From contig CP068257.2 in the NCBI GenBank assembly GCA_009914755.4, positions 11,680,001 to 11,744,000 of the forward strand: DNA of 64,000 nucleotides, written 5' to 3'. How positions within the stretch are numbered: the first letter of the stretch is position 1; every line of letters begins with the position of its first letter. The position numbers were made by a program, and so were the translations under genes. Under the pieces are notes generated by a model. It saw nothing but the letters and a program-made list of their open reading frames with translations. It had not been told where the DNA came from and did not search any database. The DNA comes from the human T2T-CHM13v2.0 reference genome, Homo sapiens. Of the stretch, positions 30,489-43,254 are shown piece by piece.

Positions 30489-31924
30489 CCAAATTATCTT
30501 TTAATTATAAAGATATACATATTGTTTAAACAATTCAATAAATAAGTATACTGAATAACAAAGTGAAGTCTTCCCTTTACCACAATCAACCTACTGTTCT
30601 GTCTCTAGCTGAGGCTCTCTTCCTACGTTCCGCTGTCCCAGACTTCTGCAAAGTATTTATGTATCTATTTAGGTATCTGTCCATCTTTCCATTCCTCTCT
30701 CAATTATATATTCTGGTGGTTTCACTCTCCATGTGGCAACTCTACATCCAGGATCAAAACGGCATCAAAGGAAGCTTGGAACAGTGACAACCCCTACCTG
30801 AGATGTCTCCATTCTAGGGGCAAGGCTGCCTGGTCTGGTGCCTGATATCCATGAGATTAGGAAAAGTAGGTGGGGTCCTGTCCACCCCTTCTATTCCCAA
30901 ACGCTTGTCAGGGTTTCTGTGGCTAACATGCCAGTTGTATCGACTCCTGCACAGTCTCATGTGAAGTGCCACACTACATTCTCAGCCTGGAAGGTTTCAG
31001 GGCTCAGCTGGCTCAGATTCCATGTGTGGGGAGCATTAAGAAAAATAGGTCACCTGTATAAGACTAGTGGCAAAAATCTGACTCAGTGCTAATTCTCTGT
31101 TTGTCCTTTACTTAAAAGGAGAACCATAATTAAAATGATCCAGAAAAGAGAACCAAGCAGGAGACTGAGTTGCTTGGGGAAAGGACCATGCTGCATTGAT
31201 TTCTACATAACCAATGGCAGCAGTGCATTGGATACACAACAGGTTCTCAATAAATTGTTAAATGGATAAGTTGATAGAATAAAAAACAAGGTCTCTTCCC
31301 AGTGCTGCATGCAAAAAAGCTGAGAGTGAATTCTTATTTGCAAAGATGAGAGATTTTTAGTCTTCTGATGGCTGTTTCCTCCTCTCTGTTTCCTTTGCCA
31401 CAGTTTAGGGGCAAAAAAAAGTTTCCATCTCTCAGAAATGGTAGGAGAAACCCTTGGGGCTTAGCTAACAAATCAGGCTGTCTCTTTCCAAAGTTGTGAG
31501 AATAGAAATATTTCACCATCAGCACCAACAATGTCATTTGCATAAGGAAGTGACTTCCTAGCTGAGAGATGGTCAGAATAACATAGAGCCTAGGAGTGAA
31601 GGCAGTGAAGTTTGTGAGCCTAGGGCTCTGGTTCTGGTGTCTGCTTCGTGGCTGTGTGATCTTGGGCAAGTTTCCTACATTTTCTGCTTCTCAGTTTTGT
31701 CATCCATAAAATAACAACAGTACCTGCCTCAAATAGTGTGTGGGAGAGGCTTAAACAAGCTAATGTAAGTCAAATCTTGAGCACAATCTCTGGTGTAGCT
31801 ATACATGCTTGTGTATATATCAGAAGCTCAAAATTATACCATTAGTATTAACAACATACTCTGGACCCTCATTATAATGCCATTTTCAATATCCCAACAC
31901 TTGATTTCTATTGACAACTCCTAG

Positions 31925-32125
31925 GCTCAACTGTTCCTCCCACCTCGGCTTCCCGAGTAGCTGGGAATATAGCCACCATGGCTGGCTAATTTTTAATATT
32001 TTTTTTTGTAGGGACAGGGTCTTGCTATGTTACCCAGGCTGGTCTCAAACTCCTGGCCTCAAGAAATCCTCCCACCTGGGCCTCCCCAAGTGCTAGGATT
32101 TACAGGCATGAGCCACCATGCCAAG
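31925..32125 (-). mobile_element. Partial or diverged Alu (antisense)
   Basis: ...cctcggcttcccgagtagctgggaatatagccaccatggctggctaatttttaatattttttttttgtagggacagggtcttgctatgttacccaggctggtctcaaactcctggcctcaag...agtgctaggatttacaggcatgagccaccatgcc. Confidence 0.7.
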
Positions 32126-32540
32126 CTCCCTTCCTCCCCTTTGTTCTCCTAACCCCATCTCAGCATCTGCCCCTGAGGACCAATGCAACAGGGCAATCAG
32201 TACATCCATGGACTTCCCAACAGTCCTGTGGTGGACTAACCCAGGGGCAATGGTCACTGTCCCCTCTGGTGCATTCTTTGTCCCCATCAGCCTAGTAAGC
32301 TCCAGGGGCTGGCAGCTGGCACAGAGTACGAGGCTGCACTCCTTGACCTTTCTATGCTGCACACAGTCCTGTGCCCATTCTGTCCTCAGATCTGCCGGGA
32401 CCATGACCAACCTGCCAAGAGCGTGGGAATTGGTATGCGACCCAGCTCTAGGAGGAGGTGGAGCAAGCGAATGTAGGGGAAGCTGCTCACCCAGTAGGTT
32501 TAGAGGGAGGGTGGGGTGGGGGCGCAGCAGGACCAGGCAG

Positions 32541-32863
32541 GTGAGGGTGTGTGGGTGAGGGTGTGCCGGTGTGGGTAGGGGTGTGTGGGTGGGGGTGTGC
32601 AGGTGGGGGTGTGTGGGTGGGGGTGTGCAGGTGGGGGTGTGTGGGTGGGGGTGTGTGGGTAGGGGTGTGTGGGTGAGGGTGTGCGGGTGAGGGTGTGTGG
32701 GTGAGGGTGTGTGGGTGAGGGTGTGCGGGTGAGGGTGTGTGGGTGAGGGTGTGCGGGTGAGGGTGGGGGTCTGCGGCTGGGGGTGTGTGGGTGGGGGTGT
32801 GTGGGTGTGGGTGAGGGTGTGTGGGTAGGGGTGTGTGGGTAGGGGTGGGTGGGTTAGGGTGTG
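32541..32863. repeat. G-rich minisatellite with a roughly 15-bp unit GGGTGTGTGGGTGAG/GGGTGTGCGGGTGAG, about 21 copies
   Basis: gtgagggtgtgtgggtgagggtgtgcgggtgagggtgtgtgggtgggggtgtgcaggtg... read directly. It explains the 277-aa and 170-aa His/Pro/Thr-rich track ORFs on the minus strand. Confidence 0.9.
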
Positions 32864-33546
32864 AGTGCTGTTTGGCTCTTCTGGGTGGGGCTGGATGAAT
32901 GTTTGGGCACCGGCAGCAGCTGTCACATGGCCTGGCTGCAGGTTTGGGACAGAAGCCAGGCAGGTGGGCTGTGTCAGGCACAGCTAGAAACTGTGCCAAG
33001 GAAGCAGACCAGAGCAGGGGCCAAGGGAAACCTCTGCCTTAGCAGAAGATACTGGGGAGACAGGATCAATCAGGGAGGTCTTTCAAGGCACATGGTGCTT
33101 CATGGAGCCAGGGCCCGGGACAGGGAGGGCTGTAACCCTGGCTTGCCTGATTGGCTGAGCACAGACAGATAGAAGAGGGTGTGGGCAGCCCGCTAGGTGG
33201 ATGCCTAAGTGAAGAAGGAATGGGTGGCCAGGTGACTGAGACCCCCAAGACCAGGACCCCACTGTCAGGTCTGTGGCTTCCAAACGCCTGTGGGAAGTGT
33301 TCCCCTTTGGACACTGAGACCATCAGCTTCAGCTTCACACACTTTTCCAGACAAAGTCCCGTAGGTAACCTCAAAAGTCACTTCTGGCCTTCCCCAGAGG
33401 GGAAAGGAGAGGGGTGCCTGTGGGGAGGTGACCCTCAGTGCTGGTGGAGGGCACAGCAGAGAGACTGCCTGCATATGGGAGGCCCCCAGCAAACCTTGCC
33501 CAGACGTCACCCCTCATTTGAGGCAAACTGTAAAATTATTACAATT

Positions 33547-33990
<444 letters not shown>

Positions 33991-35831
33991 ATGGGAAAGC
34001 TATGTTCCTAACATTTTTCAAATGATAGTTCATACTAAAGAATGTTACCAATACTAATGCACAAAGCATTTTATAACTTTTAGACTATTAATAAAAGGTA
34101 AGACATGAAAACTGAAGTATTTGTAATCATGCTTAATACTGGAAGTTCCTATACCTGCAATGTAGCAGCTAATTATACAAAAATTTAATAAATGACAAAA
34201 TAAAATTTTGCAAACAGATTTGTAAAAACCAGAAAGATATTTGTATTGGCAATTAATGTAACATAATTAAAAATAATTTATTATGGTCATCTGCTAAATG
34301 CTAATTAATGTAAAATGTTAAAAGATTATTTTAATTATGACATCTTAACTTTTAATGGCTTTAAATATTATAAATATAAAAAACGGGTTTCTAAATTTAA
34401 AAGAAGAATGACTAAATTTTTCAGAATTATTTCATATTTCTTGTCATACAACATAAGAACACCATCCATGTTTCCTTTTAGATTAGGAACCCTCCCTTAT
34501 TATCTCACTGAAAGGAGAATGCTTGAAGGTGCTAGTAAGATGACTGTCTAAGGACTCCAGAACTGAATAAATTGTTTTGTGGCAATGCATGTCACTTCCC
34601 TAACTCAACTGGAAAAGGAGACAAAAACCTAGTGTTTTCAACCCTCAAGCTAGCAAGAAAACACAGCCCAGGTAAGCTCATCTCTTCTCCAATGGAGCTG
34701 GAGTCTACTCAACAAGAGGCGACCATTTAGAATAGAATTGTTCAGAAATTTGCTAACAACAAGCAGCCAACATAGACACATTCTCCTTAAATCTAAAATT
34801 CCCTTTTCCCCCACTAGGGTGCCTGAGGGGCATGTAGCAAAAGTGATCCCAACCACACCACACAAACTAGCCAGGAAACCTTTTTGCCTTCACACATCTG
34901 AGAGTCCGTGAGAAGCCAGAGACAACACGGAGGCAGCAGAACACCAACAGAAGAGTCCCAGCATCACTTCCTGGCCATAGAAGCCCTCCTGAGCAGCAGG
35001 CAGAACAGAATCCGCTATAGCAATCAGCCTGCCGGAGAAGCCTCTGCCCCTGTGGCCTGAGGTTCCAGTTTCCCCAGGTGACACCATGGGCAGGTGGGCT
35101 GAAGAAGTGGGAAGGTCAAATCAACTGGCCCAGCCAGGATGCCTCTTTGATGATACAAGTGATACTGGTCTAAGCCTCGCCTCTTCCACAGGGGAAACTA
35201 GGTGGCCTAAAGGGTGCCCAGAGGCAGGGGACCTGCCACAGCAGCCACCTTCCTGAGAGGTTCCCTTTCTTCCCCTTGGTGAACTCCCTCCAACACACAG
35301 CTTGCCAGGAAAGCACCCTGTGTCTTACATGGGGGGATCCCACGACACCAAAACCCAGGAAAGAAGCCTTTTGTCCCTTAAGGGTTATCACAACCAAAAA
35401 CAAAAAGATACACAAATAGTAAGCCCCTAAATTCTGTTAAGAACGAAACAATGCTGCCACTCACACCTGGCTCAGATGCCAGCAGAAGGAGGGCACCCTC
35501 CAGAGACTGCAGGAGAAGGGGGAGGACTCCTCCTTGCCCTGGCTGCACCTCCACCGTCACTGAGGCCTGTGGTACAGAACCAGCAGCTTCTTACACACCC
35601 CAGGCTGGGCCGGGCCCCAAAGCCCTCCTACTCCCCCTTCCTGGCCCCTAGACTTGCTGCTGCTGCCACCATTAGCACCGACGCCAAAGGAACCAGCGCT
35701 GCTGTCACCCTCCATGCACCTGCCCACCCTCCAAGGCTCCTACCACTTGGCCTCCACAGGTACCCTCCTACTGCTCCTGTTGAGCTGCCGTCTCCATCAC
35801 CATGGCTGCCACAACCATAGGAGATGAATCA

Positions 35832-35933
<102 letters not shown>

Positions 35934-36469
35934 CTACAACAGGATGCAGAAAGTGACAGTGTTAGAGCCTCACCTTGTCATGCTGGCCACTGGGTGGCTG
36001 GGGCCAGTTTTGGCGAAGGCACTCACACCCACCCTCCAAAGTCCAGCCTCTCCGCCTAGACCAAGCTGGCCTCCTGACCTGGGGTGGGGACTGGAGACAC
36101 CACAGTGCCCGGGGCTCCCTGGGGAGCAAGAATAGCAGAAACTCAGACCCAGCCAGTCCTCCCCACCCAAGTACCAGTTCCCATTCCTGACTCCTCCACC
36201 CACAGGACCCTGAGCCCCCATGGTGCCCACTACTCCATGCCTGGGGCTCCCAGATGGTCTCCACAACACAGAGCAAGAGGGCAAGGGCCGGGTAACCATG
36301 GTGGGTGCAAGGGCTCTGTGGTGGTCAGAGGATTGCCGTGAAAACTCTGTGCACCCTCTGCACTCCAACACAAGCAGAAGTTGTTCACCCTCTAGAGCCT
36401 TGAGTCCAGGAAGAGGAGAAGGGCCCCTTCCTCAGAGGCCACCACTGTCATGGCCACCTCCACAACCTG

Positions 36470-37230
36470 CTGCTGGCAGCAGCAGTGCAGCCTCCCCCCA
36501 TACCACCCCTAACCTGCCCCCCCCACCACAAGCTTAGCCCCCGGATTGTGCCCGCAACACACCCAGAGACTGCTGCAGGCAGTGTAACCCTGAGCGCCCC
36601 CAAACCACCCCTGGTGGACACTTGATAGTGTCCATAACCCATCCCTGCCACGGGTGTTGCAGCACCAAATAGTGCCCCATCAAACCCGCCCCCAACCCGG
36701 ACCAAAAGCAGCACAGCCCCAGATAGCACCCCAAATCTGCTCCTGTCGCGGGCAGTGAACGCCCGGGGTACTGCACCCAGCCAACCCCCCGACCCCACCT
36801 TCCCCTTTCCCCCATGGACAATGCAACATTTGACAGCTCCCCTAAAGCACCCCCGACTGCCTGCCAGTTGGCATTGTTGCTGACATTGTAGCTCATGATA
36901 GCTAACCCAACCTGCCCCCTGCATTGGCCAGTGCAGCAGCTAATAATTCCCCTAACCCCCCACTACCCGCCGCTGGCAGTGCACGACAGCGCACACAACC
37001 TGCCTCCAACCGCCTGCCACCTTAGACAGTGTAGACCCTGATAGCGCAGTGAACCTGCCCCACTGCCAGCAATTCAATGCCCGATAGCGCCACCCACTAG
37101 CCCCCTGCGGCAGGCAGTGCAGACCCAAAAGCACACCAAACCCACTCCCCCACCACCCCACAAGCGGGCAGTGCAGCTGCAGAGAGCGCACCTACCCTGC
37201 CATCTTTCTACTACTCTAACAGAGATGCAG
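36470..37230. repeat. Degenerate GC-rich tandem array with a roughly 45-57-bp unit built around ...ctgcNggcagtgcag...(gat)agcgcacc...aacc...
   Basis: Recurring blocks such as gccgctggcagtgcacgacagcgcacacaacctgcctccaaccgcct / gccaccttagacagtgtagaccctgatagcgcagtgaacctgccccact / gcggcaggcagtgcagacccaaaagcacaccaaaccc / gcgggcagtgcagctgcagagagcgcacctaccctgcc. Confidence 0.7.
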
Positions 37231-37329
37231 TCTCCGTTGCCATCACCAACCGCAACCAGGCGAGCCGTGGTGGCCAAGGCTCCAGCTGCCAGCATTGGGC
37301 ACGGTCCCCACCTTCTCCTAGACCTCTAG

Positions 37330-37515
37330 TTGGTCAAGAGCAACTCCAGCTGCCAGCCACCCTCCTACAGCTCAGGCTGCACTCCTACCGCCCCGGCTGC
37401 CATCTTACTGCTCCAGCCTCCCGCCTACCACTCCGGCCATGATCTTACTGCTCCAGCCCCCCTCCTACCGCTCAGGCCGCCCTCCTACCGCTCAGGCCAC
37501 CCTCCTAACACTCCA
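37330..37515. repeat. Minisatellite with a roughly 21-bp unit cctcctaccgctcaggccgcc, about 8 copies
   Basis: ccctcctacagctcaggctgcactcctaccgccccggctgccatcttactgctccagcctcccgcctaccactccggcc...ccctcctaccgctcaggccgccctcctaccgctcaggccaccctcctaacactccagcc. Confidence 0.8.
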
Positions 37516-38049
37516 GCCACACTGCCATCTCTGTTGCCACCACCATCCAGAGTGAGACGAGCCACAGTGTTACAGGCTCCAGCCTCCAGCTCCCCCTTCT
37601 CCTGGTCCTCTAAGCCGGGAACAGAGTAGCTTGGCTGGAGATACTGGAGAGCCTAAACTGGCATGAGGCCTCCTCAGCATGCACGTGGGGTTACACACAT
37701 GGTTTCTGGACTACATGTTCTGATTGGGTGGGAGAAAACCTCTAGGCCTTCTCTGATTGGACTTTATTTTCATACTCTGATTGGTTGTCCTAAGACTTTC
37801 TTTCATCCAATCAGAACATGATAACAAAGTCCAATCAGAGTAGGCCTCCGGGCTTTCTCTTATCCAATCCTGGAACGTGTAGTCCAGGAAAGGCATATTC
37901 ATAACCTCAGTACATAAATGGTGCTGAAGAAGAGTCAGGCTATTCCAGGTTCTTCTGTATCTGCTCACCGAGCTGCTCCAAGCCCGGCTTAGAGGACCAG
38001 GACAGACTGGAGGCTGTAGCCTGTGGCACCATGGCTGGCCTCCCTGCAG

Positions 38050-39400
38050 TTGGTGGTGACAGAGACTGTAGTGTGGCTGGAGCGGTAGGAAGGGGAAAAT
38101 AGTTTTGGGATAGATGAAAGGGTAAAGAGGGTGGTTAGTGCCAAAAGGAAAAAAGGATGGCGAGCTGGAGAAGGCATTGCATAAAGACGGTGAGAAAAAG
38201 ATGTTGGGAAAAAAAAAATTGGGGGTAGATGGAGGGGGAAAAACAGTGTAGTGAACAGGAGGGACAGAAGGTTTCACAGAAAGATGGTAGGGAAAAAGTT
38301 TTTGGGTAGATGGAAGGGGGTAAGAGAGGGTCGTGAGTGGGGAATGGGGATGAGCAGGAAGGAGAGAAGGTTTGCAAAAATACGGTGGGGAGAGAAGAAA
38401 GGGAAAGAAGACTGTAGGTAAAAAGATTTTGAGTAGATGGAGGGGGGAAAAGGGTGACAAGTGGAAGGAGAAAAGAGGGTGCAGAGAGGGAGGGGGAAGA
38501 GAGAGTGGCGAGCAGGAGGGAGAGAAGGTTTTGTGAAAAGACAGTGAGGAGAGAAGCTTTTAGGTAGATGGAGAGGGAAAAGAGGGTGGCCAGTGGGAGA
38601 AGGATAAAGAGGGTGGCGAGGAGGAAAGTGAAAAGGTTTTGCGAAAAGACGATAGGCAGAAAAGAAAGTGTAGAAAGAAAAGACAGTGGGTAAAAAGTGT
38701 TTGGGTAGATGGAGGGAGAAAAGAGGGTGGCAAGTGGGAGGAGAATAGAAAGTGTGGCCAGAGGGAGTGGGGAAAGAGGACTGGGAAAAAGGCAATGGGG
38801 AAAATAGTTCGGGGTAGATGGAAGGCAAAAAGAGGGTGGCAAGCAGGACAGAGGAAAGAAGAGGGTGAGCGGGAAGCGGGGAAGGCTTTGTGAAAAGGTG
38901 GCAGGGAAAAAATTGGGGAGGTAGATGGGTTAAAAGAGCGTGGTGAGCAGGAGTAGAGAAGAGGCTTTGCAAAAAGACGGTGGGAAAATGTTTTTGGTAG
39001 ATGGAGAAGGGAAAGGGTGGCAAGGAGGACGGGAGAAAAAGACGATAGGGAAACAGTTTTTGGGTAGATGGAAGGGGAAAGAGAGGGTGGCGAGCAGCAG
39101 GAGTGGGGAGAAGGCTTTGGGAAAAGATGAGGGAAATGTTTTTGGGGAGATGAAGGAGCAAAAGAGGATGATGAGAGCGGGAGGTGGAAAAAAGGCTGGC
39201 CAGGGTGAGGGAGAAAAGACGGTGGGGAAAAGTTTTGGGGTAGATGGGTGGGGAAAACGGAAGTGAGCGGTATAGTATAGAAGGCTTTGCAAAAAGGCAG
39301 TGGGGAAAAAATGGTGGGGAAAAAGTTTTGAGGTAGATGGAGGAAGAAAAAGGGTGGTGAGAGAGGGAGCCAAAGATGGTCAGGGAAAATATTCCTCCTG
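38050..39400. repeat. Purine-rich (GA/G-rich on the plus strand) degenerate tandem array with a variable unit of about 70-140 bp, about 13 copies
   Basis: Recurrent ...ggtggcgagcaggagggagagaaggttttg(c/t)gaaaagacggtgggga(g/a)aaaagttttgggtagatggaggggga(a)aagagg... The motif gtagatgga recurs at about 38226, 38305, 38437, 38565, 38708, 38812, 38998, 39066, 39240 and 39345. It generates the 249/235/295/147-aa low-complexity minus-strand track ORFs. Confidence 0.8.
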
Positions 39401-39488
39401 TTACTGATTTTTTAATACTCTTCCACTCTGCTCAGAAAAAATAACTGATATGATTTCAGGGTTTTTTTGTTTTGGTTTGGTTTGGTTT

Positions 39489-39769
39489 GGTTTTCTGAGA
39501 CGGAGTCTTGCTCTGTTGCCCAGGCTGGAGTGCAGTGGTGTGATCTTGGCAAACTGCCACCTCCACCTCCCCGGTTCAAGCCATTCTTTTGACTCAGCCT
39601 CCTGAGTAGCTGGGATTACAGGCATGCACCACGATGCCCAGCTAATTTTGCATTTTTAGTTCTAAATGGGGTTTCTCCATGTTGGTCAGGCTGGTCCTGA
39701 CCTCTGTTGATTGGCCCACCTCTGCCTTCCAAAGTGCTGGGATTACAGGTTTGAGCCACTGCACCTGGC
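39489..39769 (-). mobile_element. Alu (antisense), preceded by (GGTTT)n
   Basis: gagacggagtcttgctctgttgcccaggctggagtgcagtggtgtgatcttggc...ccaaagtgctgggattacaggtttgagccactgcacctggc. Confidence 0.9.
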
Positions 39770-39775
39770 AAGGAT

Positions 39776-40265
39776 GTTGAATTTTATTGAATATTTTTTT
39801 CTGCATCTATTGAGATAATCATATGATTTTTGTTTTAAATTCTGTTTATATGGTAAATCACATTTATTGATTTGCATATGTTAAATAGTCCTTGCATCCC
39901 AGGAATAAAACCCATGTAATCATGATGAATTACATCTTTGATATGCTGATGGATTTGGTTTGCTAGCATTTTGTTGAGGATATTTGCATCTATGTTCATC
40001 AGATATTGGCCTGTAGTTTGTTGTTGTTGTTTCCTTGCTAGATTTTAGTGTCAGGATGATACTGGTTTTGTAGAATGAGTTAGAGAGGAATTCCTTCTCC
40101 TCAATGTTTTAGAATGGTTGCAGTAAGATTGATACCATCTATTTTTTTGTGTGCTTGGTAAAATTCAGCTGTGAATTCATCTAGTCCTGGGCTTCTCCTG
40201 CCTGATAAATATTTTTATTACAAGTTCAATTTCATAATTAACTACTGGTCTGTTCAGATTTTTTT
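39776..40265 (-). mobile_element. L1 ORF2 fragment, antisense
   Basis: aaggatgttgaattttattgaatattttttctgcatctattgagataatcatatgatttttgttttaaattctgtttatatgg...ccttgcatcccaggaataaaacccatgtaatcatgatgaattac... is the reverse complement of the L1 ORF2 RT region (...ttttctgcatctattgagataatcatgtggtttttg... family). Confidence 0.8.
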
Positions 40266-40269
40266 AAAT

Positions 40270-41275
40270 TTATAGAGAAAAAATATTTATTTGGTTTATA
40301 GTTGTGCAGGCAGTAGAAGCATGGGACCAGCACCTGCTCAGGTTTGGGTGAGACCTCAGAAAGCATCCAATCACAGAGGAAGGCAAAGTGAGGGCCAGTG
40401 TATCACGTGTCAAGAGAGAAATGAATAGCAAGAAGGGGAACATGGCAGGCTATTTTAAACAACCAGCTCTCGTGTGACACAACAGAGCAAGGACTCGCTC
40501 ATCACCAAGGGGATGGAGCTAAGCAAATTATGAAGGGTCCACCCCCATGATTCAACACCTTCCACTAGGCCCACCACCAACGTTTAAGATCACATTCAGC
40601 AAGAGATTTGGAGGGTAAACACATCCAAACAATGTCATTTCACCCCTATGCCCCCCAAATCTCATGTCCTTCTCATATTGCACAATACAATTATCCTCTC
40701 TCAGTAGTCCCCAAAAATCTCAAGCTGTTTCAGCATCAACTCAAAAGTCCGAAATCTCATCTGAGCTTCAAGGTACGTTCCTCCATCTGTGAGCCTATAA
40801 GATCAAAACCAAGGTATTTGCTTCCAATATTCAATGCAGTACAGGTGTTGGGTAAATATTCCAATTCCCAAATGGCAAAGTTGGGCAAAAGAAAGGGGCA
40901 ACAGACCTCAGGCAAATCGGAAACCCAGTAGGGCAAACATTAAACCTTCAAGCTCCAAAATAATTCTTGAGTTCATGTCCCGCATCCAGGGCACACTTGT
41001 GCAAGGGGTGGGTTCCCAAGACCTTATGCAGCTCTGCCTCTGTGGCTTTGCAGTGTACAGTCACCATGGCTGCTGTCTTGGATCAGAGTTGAGTGCCTGT
41101 GGTATTTCTAGGCTCAGGATGAAAGCTTCCCGTGGCTCTACCATTCAGGGATCTTGACGTGGCGGCCCCATTCCCACAGCTCCTGTAGGTAGTGCCCCAG
41201 TGGGGACTCTGTGTGGAGGCTTCAATCCCATATTTCCTGTTGGCACTGCCCTAGTGGACTTTTGATTTCTTTCTG
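40270..41275 (-). mobile_element. MaLR-type (THE1/MST/MLT-like) LTR plus internal fragment, antisense. Family not resolved
   Basis: ...cccatgattcaacaccttccactaggcccaccaccaacgtttaagatcacattcagcaagagatttggagggtaaacacatccaaacaatgtca resembles the reverse complement of a THE1/MST LTR 5' end. The downstream part resembles MaLR internal sequence (...ggactctgtgtggaggcttcaatcccatatttcc...). Confidence 0.4.

Positions 41276-43254
<1,979 letters not shown>

Noticed and set aside
32093-32999. 277-aa and 170-aa minus-strand ORFs with HTLTHTPSPTHPHPH-type periodic protein
   Set aside because: An artefact of reading the 15-bp GGGTGTGTGGGTGAG minisatellite in frame. There are no splice sites or start context, and the periodicity equals the repeat unit.
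37711-39373. Four overlapping minus-strand ORFs of 147-295 aa (Pro/Ser/Leu/Phe-rich) suggesting a mucin-like or proline-rich gene
   Set aside because: They overlap exactly the purine-rich about 100-bp tandem array. The same low-complexity text appears in several frames. They lack any exon-intron structure.
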